Position numbers and translations under genes: made by a program. A DNA stretch of 64,000 nucleotides from Nitrospirales bacterium (lineage in GTDB: Bacteria > Nitrospirota > Nitrospiria > Nitrospirales > UBA8639): positions 4,256,001 through 4,320,000 of the forward strand of contig OY820905.2 of the NCBI GenBank assembly GCA_963555755.3. The letters are read 5' to 3'. How positions within the stretch are numbered: the first letter of the stretch is position 1; each line of letters starts with the position of its first letter. Positions 18,453-29,284 of the stretch are shown piece after piece. The notes beneath the pieces are model-generated. The model did no database searches and was not told the DNA's origin. It worked only from the letters and a program-made list of their open reading frames with translations.

Positions 18453-20666
18453 TCACTGGCTCTTGTTGCCATGCAGGGCGCGGAATATGCGTAGTTGGCC
18501 GAAATTGCAGAGGTCGCCGAGGATTTCTTTGGCGCCAGTTAAATTTCCAAACCCGGTTTGGGCAAAGGCTGCGGCGATTTGGGTATGTTGGTCAGGGGAT
18601 AATAGCCGCTCGATATCTACTGGCTCACCAGCTTGGATGGCTTGTTCCAGATGTCCATAGATGGTGCTGTTGACCAACCCACGGTGTTGGGCGATATGTT
18701 CGACCGTATCCCCTAATCGAAAAAAGCGCAATGTTTCCTGAACGGTATCGCCCAGTTGCTTCTTCCTGGAGGATAACAGTGGTGGTGGTAGCGGCGGAGG
18801 GGCAGACGACTCTTTTGAAAAATTCTGGCGCGAATGAATCTCCATGTGACCCGCAATAGCTGCTAGAAACACCGTGCCAAACTCCTGTAATTTTTGCTTT
18901 CCCACGCCGCTTATCTGTAGGAATTCCCGTTCATTAGCTGGGTAATCTCGTGCCATCTGGCGTAGCGCCACGTCGGAAAATACGACATAGGCTGGAACGT
19001 CACGCTCATCGGCTAAATTTTTTCGTAGTTGGCGCAAGTGATTGAATAGTGCTTCGTCATGAACCAAATCACCGGCAGGTGTCTTCTTCCGCTCTGGTGC
19101 GCTCATGGGTTTCGTCAAAATGATTGGTGGACGCTCTCGAAGGAAGCCTCGGCCTTGGGCTGTCAGCTCTAAGATGGTAAAGGGCTCAGTTGTTTGTTGG
19201 AGGTATCCAAGCCGGATGAGTTCCCGACTGATGGCTGCCCATTCGGGTCGGCTGTGAATATTCTTTCCGCTTCCATACGCATTCAGTCGCTCATGGCCCC
19301 ATCGTCGAACTTTCTCGGTATTCGCTCCGGTCAGGACCTCAATCACATGATTGAGGCCTACACCAAAACCACTTTTTCCCCGTATCTGGGCGACGCAAGA
19401 CAGAATGGTGCAGGCGTCTTCTGTCCCATCAAACACGTCCCTGGGTGTCAGACAGTTGTCGCAGGCTTGGCATTTTTCGGAGTCAAATTTTTCACCAAAA
19501 TATTGTAATAATTTGACACGCCGACAGGTTGGGCATTCTGCATACTGGACCATTTGCTGGAGTTGTGTGCGAGCAATCTGCTGTTCTTGAATGTCCGGCT
19601 TTTCATTGATGAAGCGGTACTGCTTCACCGTATCCCCGGCGCTGAAGAGCAGGATGCACTCGCTTGGCAATCCATCGCGGCCGGCACGACCGGTCTCCTG
19701 ATAATAACTTTCAAGATTTTTTGGCAAGTCATAATGAATGACAAATCTTACGTTGGGTTTATCGATCCCCATCCCGAATGCAATCGTTGCGCAGATGACT
19801 TGAACCTCATCCCGCAGGAACAACTCTTGATGGTGTGACCGTTCCTTCGCCGTGAGGCCCGCATGATAGGGCTGGGCCTTGATGCCCTGGGCCTGTAATC
19901 GTTCCGCTAGATTTTCTGTGGTTTTTCGGCTCTGGCAGTATACGATTCCGCTTTCCTGTGATTGGGTCTGGAGAAAAGCCAGGACTTGTTCGAAGGGATG
20001 AGCTTTGGCCAGCACCCGGTAGGTGAGATTCGGCCGATTGAAACTGGCCAGGTAACGTCCAGGGTCCCGCAGTTGCAAGAGGGTGAGGATGTCGTTTCGA
20101 ACCCGTTCCGTTGCTGTTGCGGTGAGCGCCATGATCGGCAAGGAAGGAAACCACTTTCGCAGCTCCACGAGCCGCCGATATTCCGGTCGGAAATCATGAC
20201 CCCATTCACTGATGCAATGGGCTTCGTCAATTGCGAGAAGATTGACCTGCCATTCCTGAAGATTACTCAGGTAACCGGATAGCATGAGCCGTTCCGGCGC
20301 AATGTAGAGCAGCCGGTAGTCTCCACGGTGCAAACCCCGCAACCGGGCTCGAGATTCATTCGAGTCCAAGGATGAATTGAGGAAGGTCGCGGCAATTCCA
20401 TTGGCTTGAAGTGCATCAACTTGGTCTTTCATGAGCGCAATAAGCGGGGAGATCACCACGGTGAGCCCCGGTCGGGCTAATGCTGGCAACTGAAAGCAGA
20501 GTGACTTTCCACCGCCCGTCGGCAACAGGGCTACTACATCTCGCCCGTCCAGTGCATCGCGGATGATCTCTTCTTGCAAAGGCCGAAATGAGGTAAAGCC
20601 AAAATGCTCTTTCAATAGAGAGAGCAGAGGAACGTGTTTCGGTGGGCTGGGGTGTGATGAATCCAT
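18453..20666 (-). CDS. recQ: DNA helicase RecQ
   Basis: PTGGGKS, DEAHC, TATA, QETGRAGRDG, Zn-binding RQC, HRDC and C-terminal HTH. Confidence 0.97.
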   Translation of the reverse strand: MDSSHPSPPKHVPLLSLLKEHFGFTSFRPLQEEIIRDALDGRDVVALLPTGGGKSLCFQLPALARPGLTVVISPLIALMKDQVDALQANGIAATFLNSSLDSNESRARLRGLHRGDYRLLYIAPERLMLSGYLSNLQEWQVNLLAIDEAHCISEWGHDFRPEYRRLVELRKWFPSLPIMALTATATERVRNDILTLLQLRDPGRYLASFNRPNLTYRVLAKAHPFEQVLAFLQTQSQESGIVYCQSRKTTENLAERLQAQGIKAQPYHAGLTAKERSHHQELFLRDEVQVICATIAFGMGIDKPNVRFVIHYDLPKNLESYYQETGRAGRDGLPSECILLFSAGDTVKQYRFINEKPDIQEQQIARTQLQQMVQYAECPTCRRVKLLQYFGEKFDSEKCQACDNCLTPRDVFDGTEDACTILSCVAQIRGKSGFGVGLNHVIEVLTGANTEKVRRWGHERLNAYGSGKNIHSRPEWAAISRELIRLGYLQQTTEPFTILELTAQGRGFLRERPPIILTKPMSAPERKKTPAGDLVHDEALFNHLRQLRKNLADERDVPAYVVFSDVALRQMARDYPANEREFLQISGVGKQKLQEFGTVFLAAIAGHMEIHSRQNFSKESSAPPPLPPPLLSSRKKQLGDTVQETLRFFRLGDTVEHIAQHRGLVNSTIYGHLEQAIQAGEPVDIERLLSPDQHTQIAAAFAQTGFGNLTGAKEILGDLCNFGQLRIFRALHGNKSQ

Positions 20667-21143
20667 TGGGAATGACTATCGGGCCACTCAGAATTGGCAA
20701 TTGTGAAGCTTGATCTGACAGAGTACAACTGTTACCTACTCGAACCCCATTTTGCATGAGGTGGTGGACGCTCAGCAACAATAGGGTGTTTTCATCCATT
20801 ACGATGGGCTATCGGACAACCATGATCATGGAATCCAAGCAGCTTATCCCTAGTTTTTCGAAGGAGAGCCCCGCAAGCCCGTTGGTGGGCGCTGTGGAAA
20901 TTGTCTATACTGAGCACTCCGCCTATCCGTTGGATTCTGTACACTTGTGGGTTTTCGTAGAAAAAGGTTCCCTCTTTTTTTCAGGTTTTTTCCCTACATT
21001 CCCCTGACGTATGTTCGTGTAAGAATCACTTCCTTCTTTTTCTTTCATGAAGATTGGTCGGTACTGGGTAATGATCCTGGGTGAAAAAAATCCCAAGGTT
21101 CTGAGCCAATCGACCGAGAAAAACAAGAGAAGGAAATCTGCCC

Positions 21144-21485
21144 ATGTATATTACCGAACATGTTCATGATGGGGTCTTGGTGCTGAAGGTCTCAGGACGT
21201 TTAAACTACTATTCGAGGAAAACGTTCCAGGCTGTGATGCAAAATGCTGCACGAGGTTCTGTCGATCATGTGGTCGTCAATCTTGAACGGGTAGATTTTC
21301 TGGATAGCGTGGTGATCGGGTTACTCGTACTCTCACAAGCCAGACTGTCATTGCAAGGAGTTGTGTTGAGTCTCGTCGGTCCGCACTCAAACGTGAAGAA
21401 TATGCTGGACTTGGCCAATATTCCCAAACTCATTCCTGTGTACTCTACTGAAGAAGAAGCTATCGGTCTTTCAGTCGCGGTATAG
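21144..21485 (+). CDS. STAS-domain anti-sigma-factor antagonist
   Basis: VSGRL...VVVNL..VDFLDS..IGLLV. Confidence 0.85.
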   Translation: MYITEHVHDGVLVLKVSGRLNYYSRKTFQAVMQNAARGSVDHVVVNLERVDFLDSVVIGLLVLSQARLSLQGVVLSLVGPHSNVKNMLDLANIPKLIPVYSTEEEAIGLSVAV

Positions 21486-21779
21486 TTCAATCCTCCTTCC
21501 TCATTTCCCCAACAATTCCTGTGCCATTCCGTATTTTTCATTGTATCTTTTTGGGTTCCAGTTGTATGTAAATCGATACAGTCTGGTCTTTGCGCGACTG
21601 TATTCCTTACCTTCAAAAAAGAGGTTTTGACTACTTATCAGGCAATGACCCGAAAATCCAGGGAGAAAGTGGTGGGGTTTTATCTGGCCCCATTTTTGCG
21701 CAGGGAGTAGAGTGTCTCTTGCTCAGAGCAGTTTCCAGATTGTTCACTTTCAATTATTTCACCAAAAGGAGGTTGGGTT

Positions 21780-22418
21780 ATGCCCGTATCCATGTCGAGA
21801 AAATCGTATTCGGTAAAACTACGCGACCAAATGTACCCTGGAGACATCATTGCCTTTGGCGGTAAAACGCAATTCAGTCGAGTCATCAAATGGTTCACCG
21901 GCTCTCCGGTCAGCCATGTTGCCATTTTATTGAAAACCAGGCGGCCGGAGGCCAAAACTGATGGGTATTATAATCAAATCATTGAATCCACGGTGAAAGA
22001 TGATAAAAGTGGAGTCATTGTGTCAAAGTTATCGCGTGCGGTTAAACAATACAAAGGGGAAATCTGGTGGTTGCCACTCAGTCAAACGGTTCGAGAGAAA
22101 CTCGACTTGGAAAAATATTTTGATTGGTTAGAAAAGCAAGAGGGCAAAAAATATGATATAGGGCAACTTATCCCCTGTGCCCTCGATTTTCTTGGGCCCT
22201 TGACCAAAACGCAAGAAGATTATGAAAAGTTGTTTTGCTCGGAATTGGTTGTTGGGGCATTAAAAGCCGGCGGGGCGATTCCGAAGAAGGTTAACGCGTC
22301 AGAGGTGACACCAAAGGACTTGATGAGTTGGAATATTTATGCCAATACCTATGTCCAATTGAAAGGGAGTCGGACGGAAATCAGCGAATTAAATTCCAAG
22401 CCCGTCACCAGTGCGTAG
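21780..22418 (+). CDS. Permuted papain-like (YiiX/YebB NlpC/P60) peptidase or amidase
   Basis: PGDII...SHVAI...G.KYD...FCSELV (His precedes Cys). Confidence 0.8.
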   Translation: MPVSMSRKSYSVKLRDQMYPGDIIAFGGKTQFSRVIKWFTGSPVSHVAILLKTRRPEAKTDGYYNQIIESTVKDDKSGVIVSKLSRAVKQYKGEIWWLPLSQTVREKLDLEKYFDWLEKQEGKKYDIGQLIPCALDFLGPLTKTQEDYEKLFCSELVVGALKAGGAIPKKVNASEVTPKDLMSWNIYANTYVQLKGSRTEISELNSKPVTSA

Positions 22419-22659
22419 TTGCTGGCTCTCGATAGCTCGTCCGACTTGTGGTGTGATAGTTATGGGGATCCTGGCCCTTCCTCAAAGGCAGTGAGCTCTC
22501 GAAGAACTGTTCTGTGAGAGCTCACGGTCATTGTGGCAAATTCGGGAACCTTTCGTGGGACCGAACGACTTTGGAATTGAAAAACAGTACAAGAACTGAT
22601 CACGCCCTGCTCACAATCAGGTGATCGTGCTATGATCGTGAATGTGTGAATGATGAAGG

Positions 22660-24474
22660 ATGATAAATGCCGTGATGCCAGAAATTGCCGGAACTGAAAA
22701 TCGAGTTCACCAATTGCGTTCGCAATTAATCCAGCAAGGCCTATCTGGGTTTATTATTCCGCACGCCGATGAATATCAAAATGAATACCTGCCCGCTTGC
22801 GCTGAGCGGCTGGCTTGGCTCACGGGCTTTACAGGATCGGCGGGAATGGCGGTGGTGTTGTCGAACCAAGCCGCGGTGTTTGTTGATGGCCGCTATGTGT
22901 TGCAAGTCCGCAATCAAGTGAACCTTAGCATCTTCGAACCTCAGCATATCTCGGAGGTATCTGTGCATGACTGGTTACCTTCCGTGCTAAAACCTGGAGA
23001 CACACTTGGCTATGACCCCTGGCTGCATACGCCAAAGGAAATACACAAGCTTCGCCAAGCCTGTGCCCGCGTTCAGGCTGAACTCATTCCCTGCCAAGCG
23101 AATCCGGTGGATATCATTTGGACTGATCGCCCCCAGGTGCCTGGTGCTCCGGTTGTTCCTCATTCAACCCTGTATGCGGGGCAATCGTCCGAGGCCAAAC
23201 GCAAAGAACTGGCTCGGAAGCTCAAAGACGATCGGATTGATGTGGTCGTGCTCACGGCTCCCGATTCGATTGCCTGGTTGCTGAATATTCGAGGGGGTGA
23301 TGTTTCTCATACTCCACTGCCGCTGGGTTTTGTCTCGGTGCGAAGCGATGAATCGGCTATGCTTTTTCTGGATAGTCCCAAAGTGTGTGAGTCCTTACGG
23401 GATCATCTTGGGCCGAGTGTGGTGCTGGCTTCCATCGAAGAGTTTGGACCGGCTCTGGAGCAAATTGGCAGAGACAGGAGCCGAGTGTTGTGTGATCCAC
23501 AACGAACAGCGAGTTCTATTTTTGATCAATTGGAAAAGGCGGGTGCCGAGATTGTCGAAGGGGAAGATCCCTGTGTCTTGCCAAAGGCCTGTAAAAATGC
23601 TGTGGAAATAGCAGGCACAAGGGAAGCGCACAGACGAGATGGCGCGGCTGTGTGTGAATTTCTGGCATGGTTGGTGCGGGAAGCGCTCCAGGGGACAGTG
23701 ACCGAGCTTGATGCGCAATCCTATCTGGATTCTTGTCGGGAACAGCAAACCTTATGGAAAGACCTGAGTTTCCCTACGATTTCTGCTGGAGGACCCAACG
23801 GAGCCATTGTCCATTATCGAGCCTTGATTGAAACCAATCGGCCACTTATACCTGATACGTTGTATTTGGTTGATTCCGGCGGGCAATATTTGGATGGGAC
23901 GACGGATATCACACGCACCGTAGCAATCGGCACACCAACGTCGGAGCAGCGTGAGTGCTATACACGAGTGTTAAAGGGCCATATTGCGTTAGCCCTGGCC
24001 ACCTTTCCCAAAGGGACGACGGGCACGCAACTGGATATCTTGGCACGTTGGCCGTTGTGGGAAGTCGGGTTGGACTATGACCATGGAACCGGACATGGCG
24101 TAGGAAGTTATCTTGGCGTGCACGAAGGGCCGCAACGGATTTCCAAAGCCTCTAGTACCGTGGCGTTAGAGAAAGGGATGATCATCTCCAACGAACCTGG
24201 ATATTATAAAACCGGAGAATTCGGTATCCGCTTGGAAAATTTGGTGCTGGTCGTGCCGGCGGAAACAAGGGGCTCAACGGATCGTGAATGGTTCGCGTTC
24301 GAGACGCTCACCGTGGTGCCCTTTGATCGAAACCTGATTGATCCATCGCTCCTCACGTCAAAAGAAATCGATTGGGTGAATGCCTATCATGACCATGTTC
24401 GAGAGACCATCGTCCCATTGTTGAATCCCATCACCCAATCCTGGTTGCGCGATGCCACCACACCTTTACCGTAA
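22660..24474 (+). CDS. Xaa-Pro aminopeptidase (aminopeptidase P, M24B)
   Basis: LTGFTGSAG, DSGGQYLDGTTDITRT, HGTGHGVG..L.VHEGP, SNEPGYY...GIRLEN. Confidence 0.96.
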   Translation: MINAVMPEIAGTENRVHQLRSQLIQQGLSGFIIPHADEYQNEYLPACAERLAWLTGFTGSAGMAVVLSNQAAVFVDGRYVLQVRNQVNLSIFEPQHISEVSVHDWLPSVLKPGDTLGYDPWLHTPKEIHKLRQACARVQAELIPCQANPVDIIWTDRPQVPGAPVVPHSTLYAGQSSEAKRKELARKLKDDRIDVVVLTAPDSIAWLLNIRGGDVSHTPLPLGFVSVRSDESAMLFLDSPKVCESLRDHLGPSVVLASIEEFGPALEQIGRDRSRVLCDPQRTASSIFDQLEKAGAEIVEGEDPCVLPKACKNAVEIAGTREAHRRDGAAVCEFLAWLVREALQGTVTELDAQSYLDSCREQQTLWKDLSFPTISAGGPNGAIVHYRALIETNRPLIPDTLYLVDSGGQYLDGTTDITRTVAIGTPTSEQRECYTRVLKGHIALALATFPKGTTGTQLDILARWPLWEVGLDYDHGTGHGVGSYLGVHEGPQRISKASSTVALEKGMIISNEPGYYKTGEFGIRLENLVLVVPAETRGSTDREWFAFETLTVVPFDRNLIDPSLLTSKEIDWVNAYHDHVRETIVPLLNPITQSWLRDATTPLP

Positions 24475-24594
24475 TTACGAAAAACGCCTTCATTCCGCAC
24501 CTTGCACTCCCCCCCTACTGGTATGACACAATCCTCAAAGTCCAATATCGAGATATTGTGTGATGAGTTCAAAGGATAGGAGGAGAGTTTCGTC

Positions 24595-24906
24595 ATGAAT
24601 GTGGAGGAAAAAGATACACAAATTTCAGCCAAAATTCGGGCTCAACTTGGTGATACTGCCAACATTGAAGAGGTTGTGGTCAAAGGAGACCTTTTGCAAC
24701 TGCATGTGACCAAAGAATTTTACGAACGATTGGCTGTTGATCGTGAGCGCGGAAGAAAAATTATGTTGGCCTTGATGCAACAAATGAAAACCCTCACGAA
24801 TTTAGACGAAGTTACCGCCCGGGTGTATTGTGAAAAAGACAAGATGATCGAAGCCAAAACCAAGAAGTGGGGCGGAGACAATGTCACGTATGTGTATGAC
24901 TTGTAA
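24595..24906 (+). CDS. Hypothetical protein
   Basis: 103-aa ORF with an AGGAGG RBS and ordinary globular composition. Confidence 0.7.
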   Translation: MNVEEKDTQISAKIRAQLGDTANIEEVVVKGDLLQLHVTKEFYERLAVDRERGRKIMLALMQQMKTLTNLDEVTARVYCEKDKMIEAKTKKWGGDNVTYVYDL

Positions 24907-25090
24907 GATTTGATGATTCTTTCGATGCCTTCCCTGAATCCCCAATGGCTGATGAGTAAAGAATATTACTGATGACCTGATCGTATCAGCTGCGGCCTTC
25001 CTGATTGTCCTCACCCTCGTTTCCAGAATTTCCCCTTCTTGTCACAGCGAGAGGTGCTCTTCACTCCCCGAACGAACGGGCTTGAATCCC

Positions 25091-25275
25091 AACTGCCGTT
25101 TCTAGGTTAAACCTAGAAATAGCAGTTGGATCACAAAAGTCCGCGCAAGCCCTTGACGCACATCGTGGAATAAAAAAAGTCTCATCACCACTGAGGTGAC
25201 CACGACTTTCGGTATTTCACCATGCACGCCAATATCTTACACGTCTTTTTTGCGCCCAACTGTCGTTTCTTGGTT
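25091..25275. repeat. Repeated 18-bp terminal motif AACCTAGAAA(T/C)(A/G)GCAGTT, possibly MITE ends
   Basis: Copies at 25091-25108 (inverted), 25110-25127 and 25258-25275 (inverted); a related copy lies at 29960-29977. Confidence 0.5.
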
Positions 25276-25981
25276 AAATTTCGTGTTCTTTGGAATAGAG
25301 TTCCGGGTAGGCATGTCGCACGGTGTCTTTGAGATTTGGACCTTGATGCGTCATGTGTACAAATCCTACTCCAGGGTCCAAGCCCACGAGTTCAAGTATC
25401 AGGACTCCTCCTTCAGTGGTTTCCCAAATTGATTCCCAATGGCCGCATGTTTGGTCTTGCAGACATTGGTAAAAGTTCCCATGAAATCCTTGGAGTTTCA
25501 CTGAAGGTTCCTCACGTGTTTCCTGTGGGGTGCCATAGTGTTTTGATATTGTGGCTTTCAGTTGATCGAATACCTGCAGACCTTTTGTTCCGGTTTCATC
25601 TCGTTCGATGGGCTTGCTGGCCCAATGTGTTTTGACCAGTCCCAAATCCTCGTCAAAAATCAGAATCAAGAAGCCAGCTCCGGCCAAAGTTTGAGTCTGG
25701 GCTCCTAATCTTACCGCAGTGGCGCGATGCCACATGGGCCATTCTGCTTCGATGTCAAAGTCCATGTGACGAAAGTCTGAAAGCGATAAGCCCCATTTCA
25801 GTCCCAGTGAGCCGGGCAGGGTGGCTTGGACCGTCGTGGCGGACAGGACAAGAACGCAGAAAACGAACCAGAACCATCCACTAAATCTCCGAGATGGCGC
25901 GATAGCCATGCCTTTGGTTAAGGTGTCGGCCTCCACATGGTGGGGGTACTGGGGTGTTGAGAGGGCTGGCACGAAGCTCAC
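25274..25981 (-). CDS. Hypothetical exported protein
   Basis: Hydrophobic signal-like segment (WFWFVFCVLVLSATTVQA) followed by GLKWGLS; start uncertain. Confidence 0.65.
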   Translation of the reverse strand: MSFVPALSTPQYPHHVEADTLTKGMAIAPSRRFSGWFWFVFCVLVLSATTVQATLPGSLGLKWGLSLSDFRHMDFDIEAEWPMWHRATAVRLGAQTQTLAGAGFLILIFDEDLGLVKTHWASKPIERDETGTKGLQVFDQLKATISKHYGTPQETREEPSVKLQGFHGNFYQCLQDQTCGHWESIWETTEGGVLILELVGLDPGVGFVHMTHQGPNLKDTVRHAYPELYSKEHEI

Positions 25982-26224
25982 GCAAATCCTCCATGATGTG
26001 AAGCTGTGAAAATGGGCGTGCTTGAGTGTCTTGTCAGACTACTTGCAGAGAGAGGGATTGGCGAATACGTCAATTGCCGTATGGATTTCACCAACAGAAT
26101 TCTGCGATAGGAATAGAGAACAATGAAGACCAGCAGGTATGAGCGGGGGCCTTTGCCGTATTCGGAATGAAGAGATCTGTTCCGAGTGAACGAAAGGGGT
26201 TGTTTCGGTTCTCACATCTGAATT

Positions 26225-26860
26225 ATGGCAAAACTGTTATACATCGATGCGTCAGTTGGTAAAGAACGCTCCGCACCCATGCTGGAAGTGGGTAAGGTAT
26301 TTTTAGATGCGTATCAAGAAACCCATCCGAATGATCAACTTGAACCGTTCAATGTGTGGGATGCAAATCTCGAAGCATTGGATGAGGTCACGATGGATGC
26401 GAGTTATGCGATCATTCATCACAGGAATCATACGGCGGCCCAGGCTGCCGCGTGGGAAAAAATTGTGAGGATCGTGAACCAGTTTAAGGCTGCGGATAAA
26501 TATGTATTCATGGTGCCCATGTGGCATTTAGGGATTCCTTACCGCCTCAAACATTATCTTGATCTGTTGATCCATCCCGGCCAAACTTTTCAATACGTGG
26601 TGGGTGAAAAAGCTCAAGGTCTTCTTCCAGGGAAGCCAGCCGTGGTGGTGTATTCACGGTTTGATGGATATCGAGATGGGTCGGGGTTTGAAAACTACGA
26701 ATCGCAAAAAGGGTTTATGGAGAAGGCCTTGAGGGTGATTGGTTTTACTCGCATCCATTCCCTCGTGGTAGTTGAGCCGATGCCTGGTTCCCAACAGTGT
26801 TCTGATCCGGAGAATGCCCGGGCTAAAGATCTAGCCATTCGGATGGCCACACGGTTTTAA
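26225..26860 (+). CDS. azoR: FMN-dependent NADH-azoreductase
   Basis: KLLYIDAS, ADKYVF.VPMW..GIP..LK.Y.D...PG.TF.Y. Confidence 0.88.
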   Translation: MAKLLYIDASVGKERSAPMLEVGKVFLDAYQETHPNDQLEPFNVWDANLEALDEVTMDASYAIIHHRNHTAAQAAAWEKIVRIVNQFKAADKYVFMVPMWHLGIPYRLKHYLDLLIHPGQTFQYVVGEKAQGLLPGKPAVVVYSRFDGYRDGSGFENYESQKGFMEKALRVIGFTRIHSLVVVEPMPGSQQCSDPENARAKDLAIRMATRF

Positions 26861-27236
26861 TTGTCTTCTGCATTCCCTCCTTTTCTCCTTTTTCCTCATT
26901 CTTCCAAATGATAGCTCCTCGAACGTTGTGGTAGGTCTGTCCTGTTCCATCCCTTGGGTTCGGCTCTCAACGCGGATCATGAATGAAAGAATCGCTTTCT
27001 TACATGATTTCTGCTATCTCTCCCTTTTGGTTGCTTGCAGACGCTCTGTTGCCCACCTCCGCTTCGTCATTCTTACATGGATGAGTTTGAACCATTTGCC
27101 ACAACGAGGGTGCGAAAGCATGCTTTGCACTCGTTGGGGTAGAGCCTTCAGTTAAGTACTGTGAAAAAGTCTGGGTGCCTGAAACACACTGTGGGATGGT
27201 ATGTTGGTTTTGCTGATTTCTGTATAAGGGGGAGAC

Positions 27237-28010
27237 ATGTTCCTGTTTAAAAAAATCGTTTCTCGGGTGTTTTTTCCTGTTCCGTTGAGCCTTGAACTGA
27301 TGTGGGTCGGGTTACTTCTCATGTGGATGCGACCACAGCGCCAAGTCGGAAAGTGGATGCTGGTCAGTGGAGTGTTGATCCTCACCCTGTTGAGCTTTCA
27401 TCCCATTTCCGGTGCTCTGCTCACACCCCTGGAGTCTCACTATCCCCCTCTGTTGATTGGCTCGCAAGTGGAAGGCCAAGCTTTTGCTCAATCTCAATAC
27501 GTGAAATGGATTGTGGTACTATCCGGAGGAGCAATCGAAGAGCCTCACTTTCCTCTCGTGAGTCAACTTTCGAGTGCCACATTGCTTCGTGTGATCGAAG
27601 GGGTGGCTTTGTATCGATACATTCCTGGTGTCAAATTATTGGTTTCTGGGTCTCAGCTTGAAGCTGGTTTAATGTATCAATTTGCACGAAGGTTTGGGGT
27701 GCCAGAGAAAGATTTAGTCACCGAGTCAAATTCTCGTGATACGAAAGATCAGGCGCGATTTATTGCCGACATCGTGACTCAGGATGCACTGGTGCTCGTC
27801 ACGGAAGCGTCGCATATGCCACGTTCCATGGCACTGTTTCACAAATGGGGGCTTTCTCCTATTGCCGCTCCGGTTGGCCATCGGGTGAACCCAAACCCTC
27901 AATATCGGTGGTGGAGGCTGTTTCCCAGTGCGGGGTCCTTGAACATGGCTCAGCGTGCGTTTTACGAATATTTCGGATTGGCCTGGGCCGCGTTGCGGGG
28001 ACAAATTTAA
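27237..28010 (+). CDS. elyC: ElyC/YdcF (DUF218) envelope protein
   Basis: IVVLSGG, R..EG, SRDT.DQA, LVT.ASHMPRS...F. Confidence 0.82.
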   Translation: MFLFKKIVSRVFFPVPLSLELMWVGLLLMWMRPQRQVGKWMLVSGVLILTLLSFHPISGALLTPLESHYPPLLIGSQVEGQAFAQSQYVKWIVVLSGGAIEEPHFPLVSQLSSATLLRVIEGVALYRYIPGVKLLVSGSQLEAGLMYQFARRFGVPEKDLVTESNSRDTKDQARFIADIVTQDALVLVTEASHMPRSMALFHKWGLSPIAAPVGHRVNPNPQYRWWRLFPSAGSLNMAQRAFYEYFGLAWAALRGQI

Positions 28011-28166
28011 GGGGGCTTCAGAGGGGGAAGATTGTGATGCTCTCTGTCAGTCGGGCGGTCGCGTGCGAGTGGCCGAATGGATCTGGATGCGCTCTGTTGA
28101 GGCGGCCAATGGTCGTAGCCAATCTCTGGCTTGAGAACGTTGAGGGGTTGTTGTCAAACATCCATC

Positions 28167-28352
28167 TTAGGACCTGCGAGAAAATAACTTGATCAATCTC
28201 GCATCCAATCTTCGGGCCATCTTTGAACGGGCCTCAATCGAAACACCCTCACCATAGCTGTGCTATGCCTCGAGTGTTTCTCAATCGTTCCGTCCAAATC
28301 CGACCCAAATCTTGGCGCGATATTGATCAAGTTATTTTCTCGCAGGTCCTAA
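28167..28352. mobile_element. MITE-like element with long terminal inverted repeats
   Basis: TTAGGACCTGCGAGAAAATAACTTGATCAAT(C/A)TCGC, a 36-bp inverted repeat with 1 mismatch; non-coding interior with a CATAGC/GCTATG hairpin. Confidence 0.8.
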
Positions 28353-28365
28353 GCGTGGAATATTG

Positions 28366-28508
28366 AGGGCACCTCTACAAACCAGGCATTTTTTGTGAGG
28401 GCAAGGAAGCCGCGCGCGGAAAACCGGAGTGTATGGGCGAATACATGAGGATGTGAGCACGCGGCTGACGCCGCCATCACGGAAAAGGACGGTTTTTAGA
28501 GGTGCCCT
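28366..28508. mobile_element. Second MITE-like element
   Basis: 18-bp inverted repeat AGGGCACCTCTA(C/A)AAACC with 1 mismatch; structured interior. Confidence 0.75.
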
Positions 28509-28628
28509 TGAATGTTCCTGGCGATGTAAGGTCGGGATGGAGTGCCAAAGGACACATCGCCCCATCGTCAGATAATCCTGTTGTGGGACGGGGCATTCTG
28601 TGGCGTTGCGACGTGGTGTGAGCCTTAA

Positions 28629-29123
28629 CTAACGTTGGGCCAAGTGTGTGGCTTCCCAATTCTTTTCCTCCGTTTGCTTGCCGTGCTGCTCAAACTTTTT
28701 GGATTCGGTTCCATTGGAAACTGTAGTGGTCTCTTGTCCTGTAAGGTCAAACTGCTCAAGGTTGGTTAATCCCATATCACACAAGCCTTGAAAACAGACC
28801 CCTTCTTCCATCGAGAAATTGGGTGTGCGAATATTGCCGATCACCACGGCAGGGTTGAAGAGTTGGACCCTGTGGTGCGCGGTAATATTGCCTTGAACCT
28901 TTCCGCCACTCACCACGACATTTCCGGAAATATTTCCTTTGATGATGGCATGTTCTCCAATGATGATGGTGTCATCGGTGTGCATTTCTCCTTCGAATCG
29001 TCCATCGACTCGAACGGTTCCCTCAAATTGGGCCGTGCCTTTAAAGTCCACGCCTTTCCCAAGAAAGGTGTAGTGTTGCTCATCAAAAATCGTTTCGCGT
29101 TTCTTCGGTTTTTCACCCCACAT
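28629..29123 (-). CDS. Bactofilin (polymer-forming cytoskeletal protein)
   Basis: TFLGKG..FKG....G.VRVDG.FEG...IIGE.A...GNI...MEEG..F.G. Confidence 0.92.
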   Translation of the reverse strand: MWGEKPKKRETIFDEQHYTFLGKGVDFKGTAQFEGTVRVDGRFEGEMHTDDTIIIGEHAIIKGNISGNVVVSGGKVQGNITAHHRVQLFNPAVVIGNIRTPNFSMEEGVCFQGLCDMGLTNLEQFDLTGQETTTVSNGTESKKFEQHGKQTEEKNWEATHLAQR

Positions 29124-29284
29124 GAAGTGCTCCTTCTTGTTGTGTTGCGAAGTCTAGTACTGATTGACAATGGGTTTCCGTGACTTGTGAGTCCCATGGT
29201 CATGCCCGGCGGTTCGCTTTTTCATCGGACTGATTTATGCCGGTGCCAACGTGTCACTGACGGTCGTAGAGGCCAATGGATCCC

